A stretch of DNA of 64,000 nt, from positions 1,620 to 65,619 of the forward strand of contig NZ_JAUYFA010000058.1 of assembly GCF_030691135.1 (NCBI RefSeq), given 5' to 3'. The translations under genes and the position numbers were made by a program. The notes under the pieces are model-generated. The model had not been told where the DNA came from, did no database searches, and was given only the letters and a program-made list of their open reading frames with translations. This stretch comes from Phreatobacter sp. (GTDB lineage Bacteria > Pseudomonadota > Alphaproteobacteria > Rhizobiales > Phreatobacteraceae). The first letter of the stretch is position 1, and every line of letters starts with the position of its first letter. Shown piece by piece: positions 56,736-64,000 of the stretch.

Positions 56736-57547
56736 GCCGGCTGGCGCCGCGACCTGAGCACCAGCCACAGCCCGACGCCGACCAGCGGTACCGATAGGAG
56801 CTGGCCCATGGTCGCGCCGGCGAAGAGGAAGCCGAGTTGCGGATCGGGCTGGCGGAACAGCTCGCCGAAGGACCGCGCCAGCCCATAGCCGATGCCGAAA
56901 CAGCCGGCGAGGAGGCCCGGTCGCTTCAGCCCGCCGGCCCGGACGATCAGCAGCAGGACGACGAAGAGCAGCAACCCCTCGGTCAGCGCCTGGTAGATCT
57001 GGCTGGGGTGGCGCGGCTCCGGCCCCGCACCGGGGAAGATGAAGGCCCACGGCACATCGGTGACGCGGCCCCAGAGCTCCGGCTTGATGAAATTGGCGAG
57101 CCGGCCGAGGGCGATGCCGATCGGTGCGACGACGGCGGCGAGATCGACCAGCGGCAGGAGCGGCAGGGAATTGCGCCGCGCGAAGATGAGGAGGCCGACG
57201 ACCGCCCCGACGATGCCGCCGTGGAAGGCCATGCCTCCCTCCCAGACCGCCAGGATCGCGGCCGGGTTGGCGAGGTAATAGTCGAGATTGTAGACGAAGA
57301 CGAAGGCGAGGCGGCCGCCGAGAATGCCGGCGAGCGCCGCCCAGACGATGGCGTCGTCGATGACCGCCGGCGCGAAGGGCGCCCTGCCGCCGGGCCAGAG
57401 GCGGTCGGTCGCGACGAGCCTCTTGGCCAGCCACCAGCCGAACAGGAACCCGCCGATATAGGCCAGCGCATACCAGCGGATCGCCAGCGGGCCGACCGCG
57501 ATCAGGACCGGGTCGATGACGGGAAAGGGCAGGGCGAGGAGCGTCAT
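56732..57547 (-). CDS. lgt: Prolipoprotein diacylglyceryl transferase
   Basis: IRWYALAY, LGGRL, WEGGMAFHGG, GRLANF, RHPSQIY, FRQPD, MGQLLS. Confidence 0.96.
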   Translation of the reverse strand: MTLLALPFPVIDPVLIAVGPLAIRWYALAYIGGFLFGWWLAKRLVATDRLWPGGRAPFAPAVIDDAIVWAALAGILGGRLAFVFVYNLDYYLANPAAILAVWEGGMAFHGGIVGAVVGLLIFARRNSLPLLPLVDLAAVVAPIGIALGRLANFIKPELWGRVTDVPWAFIFPGAGPEPRHPSQIYQALTEGLLLFVVLLLIVRAGGLKRPGLLAGCFGIGYGLARSFGELFRQPDPQLGFLFAGATMGQLLSVPLVGVGLWLVLRSRRQPA

Positions 57548-57650
57548 GGAGGCGGTTTGCCCGCGCCGGCCCGCGAGGTCAAGCAGCCCCGTCGGCTCTT
57601 GCGCCGCGGCCGGTGCGACCCCATACCCTGACCAGCAGCGGAGAGATCCC

Positions 57651-57905
57651 ATGACACAGAGCAGCGACCGCATCGCCGACGAGTTCGCCAAGTTCATGAC
57701 CGATGCCGCGGGCTTCGCCCAGGGCATGAAGCGCGAGGCCGACACCTTCGTGAAGACCCAGGCCGAGCGCCTGTTGCGCGACATGGACCTGCCCAGCCGC
57801 GAGGAATTCGAGGCCGTGCGCGACATGGCCGTGAAGGCCCGCGAGGAAAACGAGGCACTGAAGGCGCGCATCGAGGCGTTGGAGGCGCGGCTGTCGGCCG
57901 GCTGA
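57651..57905 (+). CDS. ubiK: Accessory factor UbiK / BMFP family coiled-coil protein
   Basis: MDLPSREEFEAVRDMA...LKARIEALEA; divergent from lgt, as is usual in rhizobia. Confidence 0.8.
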   Translation: MTQSSDRIADEFAKFMTDAAGFAQGMKREADTFVKTQAERLLRDMDLPSREEFEAVRDMAVKAREENEALKARIEALEARLSAG

Positions 57906-58142
57906 GCCATCTGCCCGAGAGTGGGCGAGTTGCACGGGCCAAAGACGTGCGCGGGCCAAGTGCGTCCTTCGAGGCTCGCCGTAGCGTCGAGCGAATGCGG
58001 GACGCGTTCGTTTGTCGCCAGGCGGCCATTTCCGGGCGATGAGAGTGAAGGCCGACCCCTAGGGATCATGACGCGCCCCGGTCGAGCCTCTAGGGCAGCA
58101 GGGCCTTCACGCCACAGGTCCGGATCTCGTTTTCGGGCCGGC

Positions 58143-59033
58143 TCAACCCGGCCAGCGCTGCGCCTTGGAGACGAGGAAGTCGCGGAACACCTGCACGCGG
58201 GCGACCGACTTCAGCTCTTCCGGATAGACGAACCATGCGTCGAGCACCGGCATTTCCTCATCGTCGAGGATCTGGACGAGCCCCGATCCGTCACGGACGA
58301 GATAGTCGGGCAGAACCGCGATGCCGATGCCGTTCTCGACCGCCGCCACCAGCCCCGAGATGTTGTTGATCGTCATCGCGAAGGAGCGCGGAACCATGCC
58401 GCTGCGGCCGGCGGTCGATAGCCAGGTGACATTCTGCATGTAGTTCGGCGCCCTGCCACCGAAGGCCAGGATGCGGTGACCGTCGAGTTCGTTGGCGTTC
58501 TTCGGCGAGCCGTTGCGCTTCAGGTAGTCGGACGAGGCGAAGGCGTGGAACTTGATCTGGAACAGCTTGCGCTGGATGAGGTCTGGCTGCACCGGCTGGC
58601 GCACGCGGATGCCGACATCCGCCTCGCGCATCGACAGGTCGAGTTCCTCGTCGGTGAGGATCATCTTGATCTGGATGTCGGGATAGAGGTCGAGGAATTC
58701 GCCGAGACGCGGTGCGAGCCATGCGGTGCCGAGGCCGACGGTGGTCGACACCTTCAGTTCGCCGTTCGGCCGTTCCTTCGAGTCCGTCAGCTTGATCTTG
58801 GCACTTTCGAGCTTCATCAGCACGTCTTGCGCCGTATGGTAGAGAAGCTCTCCCTGTTCGGTCAGCACCAGGCCGCGGGCATGGCGGTGGAACAGGGGAA
58901 CCTTGAGGTCCTGCTCCAGCGACGAGACCTGTCGCGAAACGGCCGACTGCGACAGTCCCAGCGTATCGGCTGCATGGGTGAAGCTGCCCGCTGCTGCGGC
59001 GGCATGGAAGATCCTCAGCTTGTCCCAGTCCAT
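58143..59033 (-). CDS. lsrB: LysR family regulator, LsrB/VtlR-like
   Basis: MDWDKLRIFHAAA.AGSFTHA...LFHRHARGL...ARVQVFRDFL, directly downstream of trxB (the rhizobial trxB-lsrB arrangement). Confidence 0.8.
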   Translation of the reverse strand: MDWDKLRIFHAAAAAGSFTHAADTLGLSQSAVSRQVSSLEQDLKVPLFHRHARGLVLTEQGELLYHTAQDVLMKLESAKIKLTDSKERPNGELKVSTTVGLGTAWLAPRLGEFLDLYPDIQIKMILTDEELDLSMREADVGIRVRQPVQPDLIQRKLFQIKFHAFASSDYLKRNGSPKNANELDGHRILAFGGRAPNYMQNVTWLSTAGRSGMVPRSFAMTINNISGLVAAVENGIGIAVLPDYLVRDGSGLVQILDDEEMPVLDAWFVYPEELKSVARVQVFRDFLVSKAQRWPG

Positions 59034-59066
59034 CGAAGTCTCCCGGAGGCGGCTGCTTTGCCCGTC

Positions 59067-60029
59067 TTATTCTGCGGCTTGTCGGATCGTCGCGTGGTGA
59101 GCGAGATACCGTTCGGCTTCGAGGGCGGCCATGCATCCCATGCCGGCGGCGGTGACCGCCTGGCGATAGGTGTCATCGGTGACGTCTCCGGCGGCGAAAA
59201 CGCCGGCGACGTCGGTGGCGGTGGAATCGGGAGCGGTCCACAGATAGCCGGTCGGCTTCTTGCGGAGTTGGGCCTCGAAGAGTTCGACGGCCGGGGCATG
59301 GCCGATGGCGATGAAGACGCCGGCGACGGGGCGCTCGTGCATCTCACCGGTCTTGACGTTCTTCAGACGCACGCGGGTCACAGCGGTCGGATCGTCACGA
59401 CCGATGATCTCGTCCAGCGCGCTGTCCCACACCACCTCGATCTTCGGATGGGCGAAGAGGCGCTCCTGCAGGATGCGCTCGGCCTTGAAGGCGTCGCGGC
59501 GATGGACGACGGTCACCCTGGAAGCGAAATTGGTGAGGAAAAGCGCCTCCTCGACGGCCGTATTGCCGCCGCCGACCACCAGCACATCCTTGTTGCGGTA
59601 GAAGAAGCCGTCACAGGTGGCGCATGCGGAGACGCCGAAGCCGCGAAACTTCTGCTCCGAGGGCAAGTCCAGCCATTTGGCCTGGGCGCCGGTACAGATG
59701 ATCAGCGCGTCCGTCTCGTAGACGTCACCGGATTCGCAGGTGATGCGGAACGGGCGCTGCTGCAGGTCCACGGCGGCGACGTGATCGGAGACGATGCGGG
59801 TGCCGACATGGGCCGCCTGCTTCTCCATCTGCTCCATCAGCCAGGGACCCTGGATGACGTCGGCGAAGCCCGGATAGTTCTCGACGTCGGTGGTGATGGT
59901 CAGCTGTCCGCCGGGCTGGATGCCCTGGATCATGACCGGCTTCAGCATGGCGCGGGCCGCGTAGATGGCGGCCGTGTAGCCGGCCGGGCCGGAACCGATG
60001 ATGACGACGCGCTCGCGATGGGAGACCAT
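59067..60029 (-). CDS. trxB: Thioredoxin-disulfide reductase
   Basis: GSGPAGYTAA, GGQL, CATCDG, GGGNTAVEEA, HRRD, GDV..YRQA. Confidence 0.97.
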   Translation of the reverse strand: MVSHRERVVIIGSGPAGYTAAIYAARAMLKPVMIQGIQPGGQLTITTDVENYPGFADVIQGPWLMEQMEKQAAHVGTRIVSDHVAAVDLQQRPFRITCESGDVYETDALIICTGAQAKWLDLPSEQKFRGFGVSACATCDGFFYRNKDVLVVGGGNTAVEEALFLTNFASRVTVVHRRDAFKAERILQERLFAHPKIEVVWDSALDEIIGRDDPTAVTRVRLKNVKTGEMHERPVAGVFIAIGHAPAVELFEAQLRKKPTGYLWTAPDSTATDVAGVFAAGDVTDDTYRQAVTAAGMGCMAALEAERYLAHHATIRQAAE

Positions 60030-60181
60030 GATGTCCGGCCGAGGGATAGGAGAAGGCGCCGAAAAAGGCCCCGCAGGCCGATAATCTGGAACAGCTATGC
60101 GCTTGGCGCAAGGCTCATTCCACCGACTTCATCATCTTGTCAACGAAATGGATTGATGGGATGCCGCACAAATCTGAATGA

Positions 60182-60194
60182 TATGCATCGCATA
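60182..60194. promoter_or_regulatory. LysR-type T-N11-A palindrome between trxB-lsrB and lrp
   Basis: TATGC-ATC-GCATA, overlapped by a second palindrome ATCGC-ATA-GCGAT (60187-60199), in an AT-rich patch. Confidence 0.5.
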
Positions 60195-60471
60195 GCGATA
60201 CTTTCGTGGCGTTTTGTGATGCGGAGCTGATCCTTGGTTGTCCGATCCAGCAGGCGCTCGTCCTCGAAGGCGCGACGTCCCGCCTGACGCCCCTTTTGCC
60301 CCGCTCGGTTCCAAAGTTTCAGGCGTGCTACCGTTTTGTCCATGCGCGGGAATGCCGCTGATACCCATCGGCGCGGGCCGGTCGCCGTCTGGCGATGCGC
60401 GAAATTTTGTTGCGCAAAAAGGGGGGTTGCGCTACTCGGCTGATACATCAGCCACCGTGGAGACGTGCCCC

Positions 60472-60951
60472 GTGAAGGCCCGCCTGGACGCCATCGACTG
60501 GAAGATTCTCCGCGAGCTTCAGGGCGACGGGCGGATGACCAATGTCGAACTGGCGAGCCGGGTCGGCATTTCGGCGCCGCCCTGCCTCAGGCGCGTGCGC
60601 GCGCTGGAGGAGATGGGCGTCATCCGCGGCTACCGCGCGCTGCTGGCGAGCGAGAAACTCGGATATGGCATCACCGTTTTCGCCATGGTGCACCTGGCGA
60701 GCCAGGCCGAGGCTGATCTCCACGCCTTCGCCGAGAAGGTCCGGCACTGGCCGGTCATCCGCGAATGCCACACGGTCTCGGGCGATTTCGATTTCGTCAT
60801 GAAATGCGTGGCGCCGGACCTGGCGAGCTTTCAGAATTTCGTCTCCGACCTCACCGCGACGCCCAATGTGCGCAATGTGCGCACCGTCCTGACCCTCGGC
60901 CAGGTGAAGGACGAGGCGGCGGTGCCGCTCGAAATCGCGCCTGTCGACTGA
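60472..60951 (+). CDS. Lrp/AsnC family transcriptional regulator
   Basis: LDAIDWKILRELQGDGRMTNVELA..VGIS.PPCLRRVRALE..GVI.GY; SGDFDF. GTG start after GGAG. Confidence 0.92.
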   Translation: MKARLDAIDWKILRELQGDGRMTNVELASRVGISAPPCLRRVRALEEMGVIRGYRALLASEKLGYGITVFAMVHLASQAEADLHAFAEKVRHWPVIRECHTVSGDFDFVMKCVAPDLASFQNFVSDLTATPNVRNVRTVLTLGQVKDEAAVPLEIAPVD

Positions 60952-60999
60952 CCGTGTGCGCAGCGAGAGCGCCGGGGATCGAACAGCACGGATGCCATC

Positions 61000-61899
61000 A
61001 TGACGACGACCCCCGCGGACCCGGGTGACCGCCTGTCGATCGCCCTGCCGGACGGTGCGATGTCGGGTCTGCGCTGGGGGGCCGGCGAGACGCCGCCCGA
61101 CCTCGTCTTTCTCCACGCCAACGGCTTCAACGCCGCGACCTACGGCCCGCTGCTCGCGCCGCTGGGAGCCGGCAACAGCATCGTCGCTCTCGACTTGCGC
61201 GGTCACGGATTGTCCAGCCTGCCGGCAGAACCGGTGCGGATGACGAACTGGAACGCCTATGCCGACGATCTCGTCGAGGTCCTCGACCGGATCGTGCCCG
61301 CGGGCGCCCGCCCGCCCATCCTCGCCGGTCATTCGATGGGATCGGTCGCGGCGCTGCTGGCGGCGGCGCGCCGCCCCGCCCGCGTGCGCGGGCTCGTTCT
61401 CCTCGACCCCGTGATGATGCACCCGTGGCTGTGGCTCTACGCGCGCACGCCCTGGGGCGCGGCCCGCATGCGCAACATCGACCTCGCCGTCGGTGCGGCC
61501 AAGCGCCGCGCCGTCTTTCCGTCCAGGGACGAGGCGGTGGCGACCTACCGCACCCGCAAGACCTTCGCCTCGTGGCAGCCGGGATTCCTGGAGGGCTATG
61601 TCGCTGGCGGCTTCGTCGACGACCCCGAGGGCGTCCGGCTCGCCTGCGCCCCGGCCTGGGAAGCGGCCAATTTCGCCTCGCAGACACAGAATCCATGGGG
61701 CGCGCTGAAGCGGGTGGAGGTTCCTGTCAGGATCTTGGCCGGCGGCGTCCGGTCCACCGTCTATGGCGGCGAAGCGCGGCTCGCCCGCGTCGCACCCCAC
61801 GTCCCCGTCGAGACGCTGCCCGACACCTCGCATTTCTTCCCCATGGAGCGCCCCGACCGTGTCAGGGACGTCCTCCGCGAGGCACTCGCGCAGTCGTGA
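61000..61899 (+). CDS. Alpha/beta fold hydrolase
   Basis: FLHANGF, DLRGHG, nucleophile motif GHSMG, and SHFFPME. Confidence 0.9.
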   Translation: MTTTPADPGDRLSIALPDGAMSGLRWGAGETPPDLVFLHANGFNAATYGPLLAPLGAGNSIVALDLRGHGLSSLPAEPVRMTNWNAYADDLVEVLDRIVPAGARPPILAGHSMGSVAALLAAARRPARVRGLVLLDPVMMHPWLWLYARTPWGAARMRNIDLAVGAAKRRAVFPSRDEAVATYRTRKTFASWQPGFLEGYVAGGFVDDPEGVRLACAPAWEAANFASQTQNPWGALKRVEVPVRILAGGVRSTVYGGEARLARVAPHVPVETLPDTSHFFPMERPDRVRDVLREALAQS

Positions 61900-61959
61900 T
61901 CACGCGTGGGCTTTCGTGATCGCGCTATCAAAACTTTAGCCATGTTTTCCGGATAGGGA

Positions 61960-61971
61960 TGCTGCACTGCA
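61960..61971 (-). promoter_or_regulatory. Candidate PhaR/AniA-type operator TGCAGTGCAGCA upstream of the OpgC-domain gene
   Basis: Matches TGCRNYGCASMA on the minus strand; third intergenic occurrence of this 12-mer type. Confidence 0.45.
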
Positions 61972-62005
61972 AAAGCGCCGGAGCGTCCGGCCTTTCCCTC
62001 CAGAT

Positions 62006-63214
62006 ATGGTCTGCATGTCCACCCATTTGTCCTTCGGCTCCTGGTTCTGGCTCGGCGCGTCACCGAAAGCTCCGGTGCGTGTGGAGAGGGACGTCCGCGT
62101 CGATGTGTTCCGCGGCCTCGCTCTCCTGATCATCTTCATCGACCATGTCGCGGGAAACATCCTGATTCGCGTCACCCCGACCTCTCTCGGTTTTTCCGAC
62201 GCGGCAGAGCATTTCGTGCTGCTCGCCGGTTTCTCCGCGGCACTCGCCTACGGCACGGTGATGGACCGCCGCAGCCTGGTGACCGGCACCGCCCAGATCG
62301 TCGCCCGCATCTGGAAGCTCTATCTCGCCCATCTCGGGCTCTTCGTGTTCACGGCCGTCGCCGTCGCCTTCATGGCCGTGCGCTTCGGCAACCCGCTCTA
62401 TTACGAACACGTCGCGATCCTGCCGTTCTTCCAGGACCCGGCCACGACGCTGCTGCAAACCGTGGCGCTCGTCTTCCTGCCGAACTACCTCGACATCCTG
62501 CCGCTCTACATCGTCCTCTTGGGCATGCTGCCTTTGCTCTGGCTGCTGGCGCGGGTCTCGCCGGCCCTGGCGCTCGCCGCCTCCGCAGGGCTTTACGGCG
62601 CCGCCTGGATGCTGGAACTCGCCATCCCCAACATGTCCACCGGTGGTGTCTGGTTCTTCAACCCCTTCGCGTGGCAACTGCTCTTCGCCGTCGGAATAGT
62701 GACGGGCCAGGCCGCCCTGCGCGGTGTCGCGCTTCCGCGCTCGCCGTTCATCACCGTCGTAGCGATCGCCATCGTCCTGTTCGGTCTGGTCAGTGCCGCC
62801 CCCTGGGCCGTCATTGCCGGGATGGAAGGCCTGATCCTGCCCGATGACTGGCGCCTCGACCTCGACAAGACCAACCTGTCGCTGTGGCGTTTCGCCCACG
62901 CGCTGTCGCTCGCCTACCTCATTGCCGCACATGTGCCGCGTACGGCCGGCTGGCTCGGTTCGGCGGTGGCGCGCCAGCTCGAACAGGCCGGACGTCACTC
63001 GCTCCCGCTCTTCTGCTTCGGCATCATCCTGTCGCTGCTCGGCACTTTCGCCCTCACCGAGATCGGCCGCGGCCTGCCGATGCAGGTTGCCGTCAACGTT
63101 GTCGGCATTACCCTCTTGCTCGGCACCGCAACTGTGCTTGAATGGTACCGTGGTGCGACAGCGAAAGCTTCTGCCAGGGCTCTGCCTGGCGTCGGCGAGG
63201 TGAAGGCGGCGTGA
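62006..63214 (+). CDS. OpgC domain-containing membrane protein (glucan acyl/succinyl-transfer family)
   Basis: RDVRVDVFRGLAL..IFIDH, GFSDAAE.FV, DILPLY, WFFNPFAWQ, DKTNL, GRHSL. Start uncertain (62006, 62015 or GTG 62081). Confidence 0.85.
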   Translation: MVCMSTHLSFGSWFWLGASPKAPVRVERDVRVDVFRGLALLIIFIDHVAGNILIRVTPTSLGFSDAAEHFVLLAGFSAALAYGTVMDRRSLVTGTAQIVARIWKLYLAHLGLFVFTAVAVAFMAVRFGNPLYYEHVAILPFFQDPATTLLQTVALVFLPNYLDILPLYIVLLGMLPLLWLLARVSPALALAASAGLYGAAWMLELAIPNMSTGGVWFFNPFAWQLLFAVGIVTGQAALRGVALPRSPFITVVAIAIVLFGLVSAAPWAVIAGMEGLILPDDWRLDLDKTNLSLWRFAHALSLAYLIAAHVPRTAGWLGSAVARQLEQAGRHSLPLFCFGIILSLLGTFALTEIGRGLPMQVAVNVVGITLLLGTATVLEWYRGATAKASARALPGVGEVKAA

Positions 63215-63999
63215 TACACTCGTGGTCCATCCGGTTCCTCGGGGCATTCCTGGCTCTGGTGGCTCTCGCGAGTCCGCCGGCCCTGGGGACGGGTATGCGC
63301 CCGGCCGTCGATGCGACCTGCACCGTCCCGGAGTCGTTGCGCGGCTTTGCGGCTGATCTGCCCCTTGCGAGAGCGGCCATCGCCGATGGCCAGAAGCTCA
63401 CCATCGTCGCGCTCGGCTCGTCGTCGACGCAGGGTGCGGGAGCCTCCTCCGAGGAGCGATCCTATCCGACGGTGCTCCGCAAGGAACTCGCCCACCTGTT
63501 GCCCGGTCACGAGATCGATGTCGTCAATGCCGGCATCGGTGGCAATTCCGCGCATCAGATGTATCAGCGCATCGACGCGGACGTGCTCTCCGAGCAGCCG
63601 CGGCTCGTCATCTGGCAGACCGGCGTCTTCGATGCGATCAACGATATCGGCATCGAGAAGTTCAAGCGGATCCTCCGCAAGGGCATCGCCAGGATCCGTG
63701 ACGGTGGTGCCGACGTCATGCTCGTGGATCAGCTGCCCCTGCCGCGGCCCGATCGTTTCCCCGCCTATGCCGGCTATGTCGCGGCCCTGCATGAGGTCGC
63801 GGCGGAAACCGAGACGGCGGTCTTTCGCCGCAGCGACATGTTCGGCTTCCTCATGGAGTCGGGACGCCTGCGGCTTGACCAGATGCTGCCGACCGCCGGC
63901 GACCACCTCGTCGACGGCAGCTACCATTGCCTCGGCGTGAATATCGGCCGGACCCTCGCCGAGAAACTGTCGCCAAGGGCGACGGCGAGCCGACCCTGA
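63211..63999 (+). CDS. SGNH/GDSL hydrolase-like periplasmic protein
   Basis: Signal peptide, IVALGSSST, SYP, NAGIGG, LVIWQTG. GTGA overlap with the OpgC gene. Confidence 0.8.
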   Translation: MIHSWSIRFLGAFLALVALASPPALGTGMRPAVDATCTVPESLRGFAADLPLARAAIADGQKLTIVALGSSSTQGAGASSEERSYPTVLRKELAHLLPGHEIDVVNAGIGGNSAHQMYQRIDADVLSEQPRLVIWQTGVFDAINDIGIEKFKRILRKGIARIRDGGADVMLVDQLPLPRPDRFPAYAGYVAALHEVAAETETAVFRRSDMFGFLMESGRLRLDQMLPTAGDHLVDGSYHCLGVNIGRTLAEKLSPRATASRP

Positions 64000-64000
64000 C

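Noticed and set aside
58112..58142. CAGGTCCGGA resembling the SRP RNA core; nearby hairpin as 6S RNA
   Set aside because: The AGGAAGCAGC half of the SRP motif is missing, and the hairpin is too short and lacks the 6S central bubble.
1..64000. CRISPR arrays, tRNA/rRNA genes, IS/transposases, integrases, prophage or known defence genes
   Set aside because: By eye I found no regularly spaced repeats, cloverleaf or rRNA signatures, or matching protein motifs. A covariance-model scan would be needed to exclude small RNAs.

Overview
Gene-dense, very GC-rich bacterial chromosome segment. Gene content and synteny (aapJQM, phoR/phoU/phoB, prs-pgeF-NDUFAF7-lgt-ubiK, lrp-trxB-lsrB/vtlR, TIGR02186, rhizobial-type REP repeats) point to an alphaproteobacterium of the Hyphomicrobiales/Rhizobiales. 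About 55 CDS; I found no rRNA, tRNA, CRISPR array, transposase or phage genes. The first ~45 kb is an accessory catabolic and nitrogen-scavenging region: (i) M19 dipeptidase - Ldh_2 oxidoreductase - 550-aa conserved hypothetical - DUF3726, then a plant-type SABATH methyltransferase and an orphan TRAP binding protein; (ii) a NitT/TauT ABC system; (iii) a cyanate ABC-cyanase operon with a sigma-54 promoter, three palindromic enhancer sites and a divergent PAS-PAS AAA+ activator; (iv) aapJQM without aapP, plus an M81 peptidase; (v) diaminopropionate lyase, N-carbamoylase, two paralogous FAD oxidases, a THI5-like ABC importer behind an NtrC-type box and sigma-54 promoter, a creatininase and an amidohydrolase; (vi) a CarH/LitR-type B12 photoreceptor-like repressor divergent from a soluble PAS-PAS chemoreceptor, with CarH-type 11-bp operator repeats between them; (vii) a transglutaminase/ATP-grasp/alpha-E peptide-ligation operon with a sigma-54-like promoter. 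The last ~19 kb is mostly core genome. The best candidates for an undescribed system are (vi), light/B12 control of a chemoreceptor, and (v), a nitrogen-regulated N-heterocycle catabolic route. All calls come from motif recognition by eye; no searches were run, and several start codons were re-chosen downstream of the ORF-track starts.
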